A stretch of 47,749 bases of DNA from Elusimicrobiota bacterium (GTDB lineage Bacteria > Elusimicrobiota > Elusimicrobia > UBA1565): NCBI GenBank assembly GCA_043819795.1, contig JBDREN010000151.1, forward strand, positions 1-47,749, written 5' to 3'. Under the pieces are notes generated by a model. It saw only the letters and a list, made by a program, of their open reading frames with translations. It made no database searches and had not been told where the DNA came from. Positions 38,121 through 47,749 of this stretch are shown one piece after another. Every line of letters starts with the position of its first letter. Within the stretch, counting starts at the first letter, position 1. The translations under genes and the position numbers were made by a program.

Positions 38121-38298
38121 CTGCCGGTGCGGCAGGTGGCAAAGCAACGTTTACTCAGAAATTAAGCCAGGAGGTACCGAGCCCCGGGTTTCCCGAGGGG
38201 AAGGGGCTGGAGCACTCACGTTAGCGAACGGGCCGCGCGCGTGGGAAAAGTGTCCGGTTCGGAGCCCGGTCTGGCGAAAGCGATTATTCGATCTGCCC

Positions 38299-39507
38299 TC
38301 ACCCACCCGGCGTCTTGAGGGGGATGCCCGACGCCCAGCTTCGCCTATTCAGGAAATTGCCGAGCGTCCCGTTGGAACATCCATTCTTCATCTCGCCGGT
38401 GTCGGCGCCCGGCTTCAACTGCAGTATCTGAAAACAGGAACAACCTTGCGCTATGGGCAGGTATGGGGGCGTCTCCGGGTCCGTCCCCGGGCAAACGTCC
38501 AGATCGTCGACGACCCCGTCCTCGTCGGCGTCATCGGCATAAGCCCCGCATACCTGGGAGGGGCCGCATCCCATGATCGCCAGAACGTCCTCCTCCGGCG
38601 GAGTGCCGGCGCATTTATCGAGATCGTTCGTCACGCCGTCCCCGTCCGCGTCTTTTTGGGACTCCGCGCATCCATCTTCGTCCACTTCCTCGCCGGACGG
38701 CGTTTCAGGGCAATCATCTTGATCGTTCAGCACGCCGTCCCCATCATCATCGGGCGGCGCGCAGTATTCCTGGCCGTCGAGCCCATTGGCGTAGTGCTCT
38801 TCGATCTGCGGCAGTTCCAGCACGCTGTCGTAGATCGCGACCTCGTCGATGTCGCCTTTGAAGAATTGCCCATGAGGGCCGGCACGCCCGATGTTCACCG
38901 GCTGATCGTTCGGGACCATCCATCCGGGGATCGTGTACTGGTTCACTTCGCCGCCGTTCAAATACAGCGTCAGAGTGCCGGCGGACTGGTCTCTTACCGC
39001 CACGGCATGATACCACTGATTCAATGAGATACTCCCGAAGAAATTATTATACTGCCACCCGCCGTTATACATCGCGAATTTAAGATTTGTATGATCCGTG
39101 AAGAGCTGGAAATAGAAGTCACTTGCGCCCAGTTTGGAGACGATCGTCTTGTAGGGGCTCCCGAACTCCCTCATATAGAACCAGACCTCCACAGTCAGAT
39201 CCCCGGTGATATCAAGATTGGAGGAATCCGGCACCGCGACATAGTCATCGATGCCGTCGAAACCTAAAGCACCGCCGACTTGGCCCGTAGTCGGAGTGGC
39301 GCCGTAAACAGTCCCGTCATTCGCGTCCTGATCGTCCTTTCCGGGGTCCGATCCGTCATTGAAGCTCCAGTAGCTTACCATGCCGGGACAACCCGCTGGA
39401 GGCGCCGCGTTCGCGGTTAACACCATCGGGAAAGCAAGGGCCACGGCGGTCGTCAAAGAAGCGATCGCGGCAAATACGGGACCCGCCGTCTCATTAGTCT
39501 TGTTCAT
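38299..39507 (-). CDS. Secreted LamG/concanavalin-like protein with thrombospondin type 3 repeats
   Basis: VSYWSFN, GALGFDGIDDYV, QWYHAVAV, FKGDIDEVAIY; DGDGV..D.CP.TP repeats. Confidence 0.85.
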   Translation of the reverse strand: MNKTNETAGPVFAAIASLTTAVALAFPMVLTANAAPPAGCPGMVSYWSFNDGSDPGKDDQDANDGTVYGATPTTGQVGGALGFDGIDDYVAVPDSSNLDITGDLTVEVWFYMREFGSPYKTIVSKLGASDFYFQLFTDHTNLKFAMYNGGWQYNNFFGSISLNQWYHAVAVRDQSAGTLTLYLNGGEVNQYTIPGWMVPNDQPVNIGRAGPHGQFFKGDIDEVAIYDSVLELPQIEEHYANGLDGQEYCAPPDDDGDGVLNDQDDCPETPSGEEVDEDGCAESQKDADGDGVTNDLDKCAGTPPEEDVLAIMGCGPSQVCGAYADDADEDGVVDDLDVCPGTDPETPPYLPIAQGCSCFQILQLKPGADTGEMKNGCSNGTLGNFLNRRSWASGIPLKTPGG

Positions 39508-39632
39508 CGCAGCCTCCTTGAGTCATTGCGTCTACACGAGCGCGTCCGCGTCCGCCATTCGAATCCGGGCCAGGCCTCCGGGCCTGACTCGCCGCTGTCG
39601 TGACCTCGGATCCATCCGCCGAGGCTCGGGGA

Positions 39633-42437
39633 CTATTCCATCGCGCTCATGGCGTTCTCCACGAACGCGATGAGCATGTCGGCGGCGGCTTCCGGGATCT
39701 TCTTGCCGCGCTGCGCCTCCACGCTGTTGATGAACGCCTGAAGTTTGTTGATCGCGGGAGTGGTATTCCCCTCGGAATAGCTGGCGATCGCGTTCTCCAG
39801 CTTGGAGGTGAGGGCGTTCGCCGTCCCCGCGGGAAGGTCCAGCTTCTCCATCACGCCGGTGGCGTCCTCCAGCTTGTCCACGCAGCCGTCGGCGTCGGCA
39901 TCCTTGCCTCCCGGGTTCACGAACGGGCATCCGTCGGTCTCGTCCGGGATTCCGTCGTTGTCGTCGTCCGGGTCGCAGACGTCGCCTTTGGCGTCGCCGT
40001 CGTTGTTCTCCTGGCCCGGGTTGGGGATCGTCGGACAGTTGTCGGCCTCGTCCGGGATCCCGTCGCCGTCCGCGTCGCCGCCGAACACCAGCGCGCTCTC
40101 CCCCTGATAGAGGAACTCGGCCTTGGCCGATCCGGGGACAGGAGAGTTCCCGTCGCCCGCGATGATCTCGAGGGCGTAGCTCTCGCCGGAGACCAAGCCG
40201 GCTCCCGCGAGATCGATCGAGCCCGGCAGGGCGCCCGAGTAGAGCTCATTGACGAGTTCCGCCCCGGTGCCGAGCAAGGAGATCGGGTCTCCGTCGGAGC
40301 CCCAGCTGTCCACGATGAACTCGAAGGTCTCGCCCGTGGCCTTCGACCGTATGCAGACGTTCTTGCCGGGCATGGAGTCGCGACGGACACCGCAGGTGTC
40401 GCGCGGCGCCAGGAACCTCATGAAACCGCCGGCGCTGTCGCACGGCTGGCAGGCGAACTCGAGGAGGTTGGCGTAGGAGTCCCCCCACCGGCATTCGAAC
40501 GGATGCTCGTCCAGGGTGGTGCAGCCGTTGTCCATCAGGGGGCCGTGCCAATACCCGTATCTGTCCCAGTAGGCCCTCGTGATGTACGTGGTCCCTTCCA
40601 GGATCAGCTTCGGATTGGAGCTGTCCAAGGTGAACGTCCCGGACAGACCCGCCAGGATCCGGACCGAGCCGGTGAGCGGATCGCCGTTCGGGTCGCCGAT
40701 CTCCACGTCGGCCTCCAGCTTCTCGCCGGCGTCCTGGGTGATCTCGTTGATCACCACGGTCGGCTGGCAGGCGTCGCCCGCGCCGTCGCCGTTGGAGTCC
40801 TCCTGGCCCGGATTGGCGGTCGCCGGACAGTTGTCCGCGCACGATGCGTTGTTCGCGCCGGAGCAGGCGTCGGTCCAGTCCGCCTCGAACTCGTCCCCGT
40901 CGGGGTCCAAGGCATCGTTGCAGGCGTCGCCGACCAGGCTGCCGTCGGTGTCCTCCTGCGACGGGTTGCCGATGTCGGGACAGTTGTCCCCGGGATAGAA
41001 CCATCCGTCCTCGTCCTCATCCGAGGCCAAGAAGACGTACGCGGCCCCGTGCCGGCTGTCCTCCGGAACGTAGTACACGGGCGCGGTGATCATGATGTCG
41101 TCGGTGCCGTCCCCGTTGAAGTCCCCCGCGTGCACGTCGCCGCCCGACTCGGAGTTCTCCTTCTCCCCGTTGAGGATCACGTAAGAGTCCTCTTTGATGT
41201 CATAGACGCCCGGCGTCTGCCCTCCGAGGAACAGGAAGGTATGGCCGGCCCTGTTGATCCCGCCCGCGCTGTCGTACCGGTATCCGATGAGCAGGTCCGC
41301 CGCCCCGTCGTTGTTGAAATCTCCCGAACCGACCTGGTTGCCGAGAGGGTTCGTCCCCGCGCCCCCGTTCGTGATATGGTAATCGTAGGCTCCGTCGAAG
41401 GGATAGTGCAGGCCCCGGGCGTACTGGCCGCCGCGCCAGACGAAGGTGTCGCGACTGGCCGACGCGATCACATCATCCACGCCGTCCCCGTCGAAGTCCC
41501 CGGTCGTCAGGTTGCCGCCGAGCTCGGACCACGACTTTCCCCGGAACCGGTAGTCGGCGCTGCTTCCGTAGGCGGTGCTGCCGAGCGGCCGTCCGGCCAT
41601 GGAGAACACGTACACCTCCCCCACGTCGGGATACCTGGGCCGGGCGGAGGACGCCCCGATGATGACGTCGTCCACCCCGTCGTCGTCGAAGTCCGCCGCG
41701 GCCACGGAGATCCCGAAGCTTCCGAACCCGTCGCCGTTGTACTTGAACCTAAAGTCGTACTGGGTGTTGAGATCGTAGGAGCCGGAGGGCTTGCCCCCCA
41801 GGAACACCAGGGCCTTCCTGCCCGTGGAATTCGACCACACTCCCGGCCCGCCACTCAGGATGTCGTCGACGCCGTCGTTGTTGAAGTCCCCGATGGCGAT
41901 GTCGAAGGCGAGGTTCCGGTCGGCCGGATCCTCGAGGTAGTAGTACATGTTCTGGCCGTTGACGACGCTGTGCCTGCCCGGAGGCAGGGAGGTGCCGCCC
42001 TCGAGGACGTAGATCTTGTCCCCCCAGTCGGTCCCCATCACCAGGTCCTCTTTGCCGTCGCCGGTGACGTCCCCGCAGCCTAGGCTGGTGGAGATGTAGC
42101 GGTCGAAGGTCCTCGGGTCGCCGTAGAAGATGTAGTACGCGTCGGCCGTGACGTTGTATGTGCCCGGGGCCTGGCCGCCGAGGAAGATGAACGTCTCGCC
42201 GGCGTCGCCGCCGCCCCCATGGGGGCCGGCCACGACCGCGTCCTTGACTCCGTCGGCGTTGACGTCGCAGAGCGTGATGGGACCCCCGAACCAGGAGCTG
42301 GAGATCGCGCCGTGAAGGATATAGTCGGCGCTGCCCAGGCTGAACTCCGGGACGGCCGCGCGAGCCCGCGGGACCAACGACAAAGCCGCCGCCGCGATGA
42401 AGATGAAGAGCTTCGGGAAGATCGCCTGTTTGTTCAT
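39633..42437 (-). CDS. Secreted integrin-alpha-like FG-GAP protein with TSP3 repeats and a C-terminal FIMAH-like domain
   Basis: Seven GDF(N/D).DG.DD-type repeats, DNCP...NPGQE repeats, C-terminal AINKLQAFINSVEAQRGKKI; SD AAGGAGG. Confidence 0.87.
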   Translation of the reverse strand: MNKQAIFPKLFIFIAAAALSLVPRARAAVPEFSLGSADYILHGAISSSWFGGPITLCDVNADGVKDAVVAGPHGGGGDAGETFIFLGGQAPGTYNVTADAYYIFYGDPRTFDRYISTSLGCGDVTGDGKEDLVMGTDWGDKIYVLEGGTSLPPGRHSVVNGQNMYYYLEDPADRNLAFDIAIGDFNNDGVDDILSGGPGVWSNSTGRKALVFLGGKPSGSYDLNTQYDFRFKYNGDGFGSFGISVAAADFDDDGVDDVIIGASSARPRYPDVGEVYVFSMAGRPLGSTAYGSSADYRFRGKSWSELGGNLTTGDFDGDGVDDVIASASRDTFVWRGGQYARGLHYPFDGAYDYHITNGGAGTNPLGNQVGSGDFNNDGAADLLIGYRYDSAGGINRAGHTFLFLGGQTPGVYDIKEDSYVILNGEKENSESGGDVHAGDFNGDGTDDIMITAPVYYVPEDSRHGAAYVFLASDEDEDGWFYPGDNCPDIGNPSQEDTDGSLVGDACNDALDPDGDEFEADWTDACSGANNASCADNCPATANPGQEDSNGDGAGDACQPTVVINEITQDAGEKLEADVEIGDPNGDPLTGSVRILAGLSGTFTLDSSNPKLILEGTTYITRAYWDRYGYWHGPLMDNGCTTLDEHPFECRWGDSYANLLEFACQPCDSAGGFMRFLAPRDTCGVRRDSMPGKNVCIRSKATGETFEFIVDSWGSDGDPISLLGTGAELVNELYSGALPGSIDLAGAGLVSGESYALEIIAGDGNSPVPGSAKAEFLYQGESALVFGGDADGDGIPDEADNCPTIPNPGQENNDGDAKGDVCDPDDDNDGIPDETDGCPFVNPGGKDADADGCVDKLEDATGVMEKLDLPAGTANALTSKLENAIASYSEGNTTPAINKLQAFINSVEAQRGKKIPEAAADMLIAFVENAMSAME

Positions 42438-42627
42438 GATTCCTCCTTCATTCGAGTCCGGCGGGCCGTCCGAGGATGAAGACTCCGACGTGAAAGCAGA
42501 GTGCGCACCCGCCTATCAAGATATAGCCCCGATTCCGCGCCAGGTCAAGGACAAACGCCTGACATTTTTGTAGAAAAAATACTTTCATAATAAATACTTC
42601 TCAAATCGGTCAGCGGATTCGGGCCCC

Positions 42628-42685
42628 GCTGGTCTGTGAAACCAGCCGGCTACGCCCTACATAGGTTCGAATCCTATCCCCACCA
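42628..42685 (+). pseudogene. Truncated tRNA-Tyr-like 3' fragment with anticodon reading GTG
   Basis: CTGGT-CTGTGAA-ACCAG arm, long variable region, ATAGG-TTCGAAT-CCTAT, CCCCACC-A; no 5' acceptor strand or D-arm. Confidence 0.75.
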
Positions 42686-42841
42686 AACGTTCTTCTGAAA
42701 CGTGAGGATAGTGCCGTTCCTTAAACCTACAGGATTGGTGCTGCCCCAACCATACCCTTTTCAGTAGTACTTCAAGGAAGGGCACGGGGCCACGTCATGA
42801 CGCCCTCGCGGCCCCGCCAGCTGTACGCAACCGGTCACGAC

Positions 42842-42874
42842 GAAAGCCGGCCCGCTTGGCCGGCTTCGCTTTTG
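42842..42874 (+). terminator. Probable intrinsic terminator
   Basis: aagccggcc-cgctt-ggccggctt followed by cgctttt. Confidence 0.55.
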
Positions 42875-43105
42875 CCTGCTTTTGAACTATAGGGCGACAT
42901 CCCGGTCAGCGCTGCCATGCCAGGCCTGCGGTCCGGAGGCGCTACCGCCGGCCGGCTTTCCTAATATTATGAAGCCAGGCGAGAAAGCGAACGCGGAAAG
43001 TTCTTTCTGTCAGACTGCTCGGGCAACCGATTCGTGCGCTATTGGACCGGTCCCGGTGATCCGGGTCGGCCTAGGTTTTCGGTAGCGGATTCAGCGCGGC
43101 CTGGA

Positions 43106-44506
43106 CTATTTTCTTGACGTCAGAATTCCGTGGCTGATAAGCCACCGCTTCTTGAGGGCTTTGGTCGCCTTGTGCAGGCTGATGACAGCGGCGTAGATCA
43201 TCAGAGGGCCGATGACGGCGGCGATGGCCAGCATCGCGAGGGCGAAGCCCGGGTCGAGGGATTTGAGGAGGATGGCGGCGTAGAGAGCCAAGGCCGCCGG
43301 AATCCCGACCTGCAGCCCCGTGATGAACGGCGGCACCGGCTTGCGGCGCTTGCTCCGGCGGCTGCCGTAGGGTACCCACAGCGCCTTGCCGAGCATCACG
43401 GCGAGGGCCCCGCCGGCGAGGTACGCGACGACGTCCCCGGGGCTGAAGGAGCCCGGGATGCCGAAGCCGGCCAAGGACTTGAAGAGCCCGGACTGCATCA
43501 CCTCATAGGCCAGCGAACCCGACACGGCGAAGAGTGGAAGCTCGGTGATGGCGGTCCGCACCAACCGGCCGGAGCGCTCATCCGGATGCATCCTGCGGTA
43601 ACGGCGCAGGGACCAGGCCACCGAGATCAGATAGCCGGCCGCGAGGATGCCCAAAGGCGTGATGAAGTCGTTGAAGTAGTACAGCCCCTTCACTCCCAAG
43701 ACGTGATCGATGAAGGTCCCGGTCCCGGCGGTGAGGTAGCGCCACCCCGTGAACAGCGCCGCGCCGCCGGCTCCCATGAGCGAGAGGAGCGCGTAGCCTT
43801 TCTCGGAGCGGCGGGCGAACAGCCCCCAGCGATGGCGGGAAATCCGATCGATGAGCTTCCGCTTGGCGTCGACGGCATCGTCCTGGTCGTGGGCGCCCGC
43901 CGGGGAGCGGGACGCGTCGAGCTTGATGCCGCGCCCGCTTTCGGAGATTCCGCGCCCGGTCTCGGACAGGACAGAGTCGCCGGCCGGGGCGACCTGCCCC
44001 TCGCGGGCGGCGGAGCCGTCGAAAAGCGCGCCGCTGGAGGCGGCGAAGCTCTCCCCCGAGGTCCGCGAGGCCGCGGCGGTCTTGCCGGCCGACGCATCCC
44101 GTGACGCGGCGACGGCCTGGAACATGGGAGAAGATGCGATCGCGGACTTGGCCTTCGCCTCGGTGAGGGCCTGGACCGAGGAGACGGTCCTCACGGCGGT
44201 GATGGGGGAAGCCGCGGCGGGCGCGATCCCAGTCGGCGAGACCGGAAGATCCGGCTGCAGCAGGGAAATAGAGGGAAGCACCGCTCCCAGGGCGATCCCG
44301 CTATCGTGCGCTGAAGCTTGGGATAGACGGCCGGCGCCGGAGAACTGGATGCCGCCCACCGCGGCGGGCACGGCGCCCATGGGCGCTTTGATGGCGCCGG
44401 CGACCTGGACGTTGGCCAGCGCGTCGTAGAATCCCGTCCCCGGGGCCCCGGCCAGCAGGGCTCCGGCGAGGATAACGGAAAACGTCTTGCGTAAGCTTGA
44501 GCTCAT
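43106..44506 (-). CDS. Hypothetical membrane protein with signal peptide, Ala/Ser-rich linker and C-terminal TM helices
   Basis: Signal-like N-terminus, low-complexity middle, about six TMs. Confidence 0.65.
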   Translation of the reverse strand: MSSSLRKTFSVILAGALLAGAPGTGFYDALANVQVAGAIKAPMGAVPAAVGGIQFSGAGRLSQASAHDSGIALGAVLPSISLLQPDLPVSPTGIAPAAASPITAVRTVSSVQALTEAKAKSAIASSPMFQAVAASRDASAGKTAAASRTSGESFAASSGALFDGSAAREGQVAPAGDSVLSETGRGISESGRGIKLDASRSPAGAHDQDDAVDAKRKLIDRISRHRWGLFARRSEKGYALLSLMGAGGAALFTGWRYLTAGTGTFIDHVLGVKGLYYFNDFITPLGILAAGYLISVAWSLRRYRRMHPDERSGRLVRTAITELPLFAVSGSLAYEVMQSGLFKSLAGFGIPGSFSPGDVVAYLAGGALAVMLGKALWVPYGSRRSKRRKPVPPFITGLQVGIPAALALYAAILLKSLDPGFALAMLAIAAVIGPLMIYAAVISLHKATKALKKRWLISHGILTSRK

Positions 44507-44660
44507 ATCACTACCCCCGCTATGAGTGTAGTGAGGGAAGCAAGATCTTCCCTGGGCCGATGGGGAACCGGAACTCCCGAAATGGACCCACTTCGGCCTG
44601 GGACCCGTTTCTCAACAACCTAGGCCGTTGGGACTACTGTAAGGGCATCGTAACCCTCAG

Positions 44661-44702
44661 TGGTGTGTAAAACCGGCGGGCAACGCCCTACGTAGGTCGG
44701 AA
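44661..44702 (+). pseudogene. Second, more decayed tRNA-Tyr fragment retaining the GTA anticodon
   Basis: 34/42 ungapped identity to 42630-42671. Confidence 0.6.
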
Positions 44703-44722
44703 GTCAGTCGCTGAAGCCCCGG

Positions 44723-47398
44723 TCAGAGCCTTTGTCCGGGAGGCCCGCCGCCCGGCGGCCCTTTGGGAGGTGCTCCGCCAGGGGGCCCCTTGGGAGGCTC
44801 GCCGCCCGGCGGACCGGGATCTTCCCTCGGCCCCGGATCTTCGGGCCGGCCCGGATCCTGCGGCGGGCCCGGGCAGATCTCGTTCACTTCGCCGTCGCAG
44901 TCGTTGTCCAGCGTATCGTCGCACCGCTCGCTTGAGGCCCCCTGCAACGGATCGCAGGTCTGAGGCGCGCCCTCGGCGCAGTTGTCGATCGTGTGCAGAC
45001 ACACGCCCAGGCCGCAGGTGGCGGTCCCCAACTCCTCGTCGGTGGAGGCGTCGCAGTCGTTGTCCAGGCCGTCGCAGATCTCGTCGGCGGGACCGATGGG
45101 GTTCTGTGTAAGCGCGAGTTCGCCGGCGCCGCCGTCGCATCGCTCCAGCCGGGTGCGGCATTCACCCGTGTCGCCGGACCCGAACACGTCCGTCACGATC
45201 ACGGTCCCCGGGATGATCGCCGGGTCCGCGTCGTCGCAGTCGAAACCTTGGCCGGGACAGCCGGCGGTCTCGGTCCCCGTCGCGCCGAACCCGTCGCCGT
45301 CGGCGTCCGTGCATTTCCAGGCGTCTTTCTCTCCATAGGGGAACGAATCCACCACGTCCGCGGCGTTGCTGTCTTCGCCGGCGACGAAATAGGGAGGTTC
45401 CGTCCTTCCCCACCAGTTGCCTTTCCCATTGTAGGAGAGCTCGATGGGCCCGTCCGAGTACACCCCGGAGTCCGAACTGTCGTAGATGTTGTTGTGGTAT
45501 ATGGCCGCCGGCGCCGCGCCGACAAGATAGAGGCCGAGGTCGCAGCTCGCGATCTCGTTGTTCACGATGGTGTTGTCCTGTCCCTGCGAGAGGATGCCCC
45601 AGCCGGAATGGCTCGCGTCGTTCCCGTCGAAGACGTTGTTCGCGGAGGTGTGGAACCAGAGGCCGACCCCGGAATCGGTCACGTTGTTGTTCAGGATTCT
45701 GTTGTAGTGCGAGTTCGAGGCCCGTATCCCGGTGCCCCTCCGGGACGCGTTGAGGTTCGCGACCGTGATGCGTTCCGAGCTGTCCAGGGAGACGGCGCTG
45801 CCGGTCCCGTCGCCGCTGAGGTCGAGGTCCCTGACCACGTTGTCGCTGCTGCCCCAGAAGTGTATGGCGGTCTCGGCGCCGGTGAAATCGTTGTTGTCCG
45901 CCGGGCTCACGGTCATGCCGGATGTGACCAGATAGAGCCCCAGCTTGGCGTTCCGCAGGTCGTTGTTCACGATGACGTTGTCCTGGCCCTGCCCCAGGAT
46001 TCCCGCCCAGGTGCAGTGGCTTGCGTTGTTGCCGTCCACCTCGTTGTTCGAGGAGGTGTGCATCCAGACGCCGCACCCGGCATGGCTGACATTGTTGTTC
46101 AGGAACCTGTTGTGGTGCGAGTTCCTGACCTCGATGCCCAGGCCCCTCCCGGAGGCGTTGATGTTTATAACCGTGTTGTAGCTCGAGTCGGACAGGGAGA
46201 CGGCGCTCCGGGCCGCGTCGCCGCTCAGGTCGAGGTCTTTGACCACGTTGTAGCTGCTGTCCCAGAAGTGTATGGCGGTCTCGGCGCCGGTGAAGACGTT
46301 GTTGTCGGCCGGGCTTAGGGTCATGTTGGAGGTGACCAGGTACAACCCTCTCTTGCTGTAGCTCAGGTCGTTGTTTACGATGGCGTTGTCCTGGCCGCTC
46401 GAGAGGATGCCGTTGTCGCAATAGCTCGCGTCGTTTCCGTCGACCGTGTTGTTCGAGCAGGTGTGGAAATAGACCCCCGCATACGTGCAGTGACTGACGT
46501 TGTTGTTCATGATCTTGTTGTAGGCGGAGCCCCTCTCGCCGCGGATGCCGATGCTCCTGCGGGAGGCGTTGACGTTCACGACCGTGTTGTGGTTGGAGGC
46601 GGAGAGGAAGATGCCGCTGCCGCTCCCGTCGCCGCTCACGTCGAAGTCCTTGATTACGTTGCGGTGGCTGTTATATAGGAATATCGGCGTGTCGCAGCCG
46701 GTAAAATCGTTGTTGGCCGCCGGGGTCAAGGTGGTGTCGGAGACGGTCAGGTAGAGCCCCTGCTTGCTGTGGCTCACGTTGTTGTTCACGATGGAGTTGT
46801 CCGCGCCCACGACGAGAATCCCGTTTTCGCTGTAGCTCGCGTTGTTCCCGTCGAAGACGTTGTTCGAGGTGGAATGGAAATAGACGCCGGCGTACGCGGC
46901 ATGGCTCACGTCGTTGCCGGAGACCCGGTTGTTCTGCGCCCCCCGTTCGCCGCGTATTCCTATGCTCCTTCGCGAGGCGTTGACGTTCGTAATCATGTTG
47001 TAGTGCGAGGCGGTGATGAAGACGCCGTTGCCGGTCCCGTCACCGCTCACGTCGATGTCCTTGATCTGGTGCTGGCCGCCGTACGCAACGTAGACCTGCG
47101 TCCCGAAGCCGTTTATGACGCAGTTCTTGATCGTCACGCGCTCCTTGGCCCCCATCTCCACGCCGTTGCCGCTTCCGTCGCCGTCGATCCTGTTGCCTTG
47201 GCAGTCGAGGGTGATGTCGGAGGCGCCTATCGTCAGGCCCGTCCCGGAACAGGTCAGATCGGCCGTCAGTGCCGTATCAGCGGTGATCGTATCGCCGCAG
47301 GCGACGTCGGCGGAGGCGACGGCCGGCCCCATGGCCAGCCCTGACTGGAGTATAGCCGCGGCGGCCGCTATCCCGAAGATCGTTCTGGTTCTTGTCAT
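44723..47398 (-). CDS. Secreted right-handed parallel beta-helix (NosD/CASH-like) protein with Cys/Asp-rich MopE-like metal-binding repeats and a Pro/Gly tail
   Basis: Four internal beta-helix modules (DVSGDG.G..V....S..N...N.NASRR..GI); DCDD.DP.I.PG and EICDGLDNDCD repeats; start MTRTR with SD. Confidence 0.85.
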   Translation of the reverse strand: MTRTRTIFGIAAAAAILQSGLAMGPAVASADVACGDTITADTALTADLTCSGTGLTIGASDITLDCQGNRIDGDGSGNGVEMGAKERVTIKNCVINGFGTQVYVAYGGQHQIKDIDVSGDGTGNGVFITASHYNMITNVNASRRSIGIRGERGAQNNRVSGNDVSHAAYAGVYFHSTSNNVFDGNNASYSENGILVVGADNSIVNNNVSHSKQGLYLTVSDTTLTPAANNDFTGCDTPIFLYNSHRNVIKDFDVSGDGSGSGIFLSASNHNTVVNVNASRRSIGIRGERGSAYNKIMNNNVSHCTYAGVYFHTCSNNTVDGNDASYCDNGILSSGQDNAIVNNDLSYSKRGLYLVTSNMTLSPADNNVFTGAETAIHFWDSSYNVVKDLDLSGDAARSAVSLSDSSYNTVININASGRGLGIEVRNSHHNRFLNNNVSHAGCGVWMHTSSNNEVDGNNASHCTWAGILGQGQDNVIVNNDLRNAKLGLYLVTSGMTVSPADNNDFTGAETAIHFWGSSDNVVRDLDLSGDGTGSAVSLDSSERITVANLNASRRGTGIRASNSHYNRILNNNVTDSGVGLWFHTSANNVFDGNDASHSGWGILSQGQDNTIVNNEIASCDLGLYLVGAAPAAIYHNNIYDSSDSGVYSDGPIELSYNGKGNWWGRTEPPYFVAGEDSNAADVVDSFPYGEKDAWKCTDADGDGFGATGTETAGCPGQGFDCDDADPAIIPGTVIVTDVFGSGDTGECRTRLERCDGGAGELALTQNPIGPADEICDGLDNDCDASTDEELGTATCGLGVCLHTIDNCAEGAPQTCDPLQGASSERCDDTLDNDCDGEVNEICPGPPQDPGRPEDPGPREDPGPPGGEPPKGPPGGAPPKGPPGGGPPGQRL

Positions 47399-47458
47399 TT
47401 TCTCCGCCTCGTTATCCGGGTTTTCCGTTCTCCAGCGCGCTTCTTCATGTATATAGCC

Positions 47459-47487
47459 AGTGTAGTGCGCGGCCGAATTTCTGTCAA
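47459..47487 (-). promoter_or_regulatory. Sigma70 promoter for the beta-helix gene
   Basis: TTGACA(47487-47482)-17-TACACT(47464-47459). Confidence 0.65.
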
Positions 47488-47596
47488 GGCTGCGGAATAG
47501 TGGTCCTAATCCCATAAGAGGCGGACCTGTTTGGGTCGGGCGACGTCGGAGGTGGGCGGCCGCGATCTTGTCAGGCGCGGCGGATTTCCGTCGCGG

Positions 47597-47749
47597 TCAC
47601 TCCGGTCCCCGGTCGAGGCGCTTGTGCCAGATGTTCATGCTCTCGATGTTTCCGGAGATGTTGGTGTTGTTCCAAAGAGTGCCCCCGAAGGAATAGCCCA
47701 CGCGGGCGAACGCGATGTTCATCCCGAAGGACACCGCGCGCGCGATGGT
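47597..47749 (-). CDS. ablB: 3' end of a putative beta-lysine N-acetyltransferase (GNAT); partial and absent from the ORF track
   Basis: Manual translation [43 protein letters not shown] matches the AblB/YodP C-terminal signature. Confidence 0.75.
   Translation of the reverse strand, partial: TIARAVSFGMNIAFARVGYSFGGTLWNNTNISGNIESMNIWHKRLDRGPE

Noticed and set aside
39558..39566. TTCGAATCC T-loop-like motif as a third tRNA scar
   Set aside because: No convincing T-stem or flanking similarity to the Ser or Tyr fragments
39600..42083. 827-aa plus-strand ORF and similar long antisense ORFs (454..1770, 2982..4595, 25057..26301, 44993..46318)
   Set aside because: Shadow frames of GC-rich genes on the opposite strand, with no recognisable motifs
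42628..42685. Functional tRNA-His(GTG)
   Set aside because: No 5' acceptor strand or D-arm; the long variable region, discriminator A and GTA-bearing sister copy indicate a mutated Tyr remnant

Overview
GC-rich bacterial window. The gene content (PorV/PorQ-like barrels paired with T9SS-type C-terminal-domain proteins, FG-GAP giants) resembles Elusimicrobiota genomes, which is an inference. The core is a tRNA-Ser(GCT) gene (7851-7941, minus strand) that appears to have been hit from both sides. A 2,974-bp element (type IV AbiE toxin-antitoxin pair plus an ECF sigma) is bounded by a duplicate of the tRNA 3' part. A 25,619-bp integrative element and an 850-bp tandem mini-element are bounded by duplicates of the tRNA 5' half. 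The large element carries a tyrosine integrase, an excisionase, a Replic_Relax/MOBC-type relaxase with a candidate oriT, further TA modules, and a cargo locus. In that locus an ECF sigma/Ser-Thr kinase pair sits divergent from three lipoproteins, two T9SS-type CTD cargo proteins and two PorV-like barrels, one of which is fused to a TPR and a caspase-family protease. The flanks hold an M29 aminopeptidase, membrane glycosyltransferase-like and sulfatase-like proteins, several secreted repeat proteins sharing a FIMAH-like domain, two decayed tRNA-Tyr fragments and the 3' end of a probable ablB. All calls come from reading motifs by eye; no database search was run.
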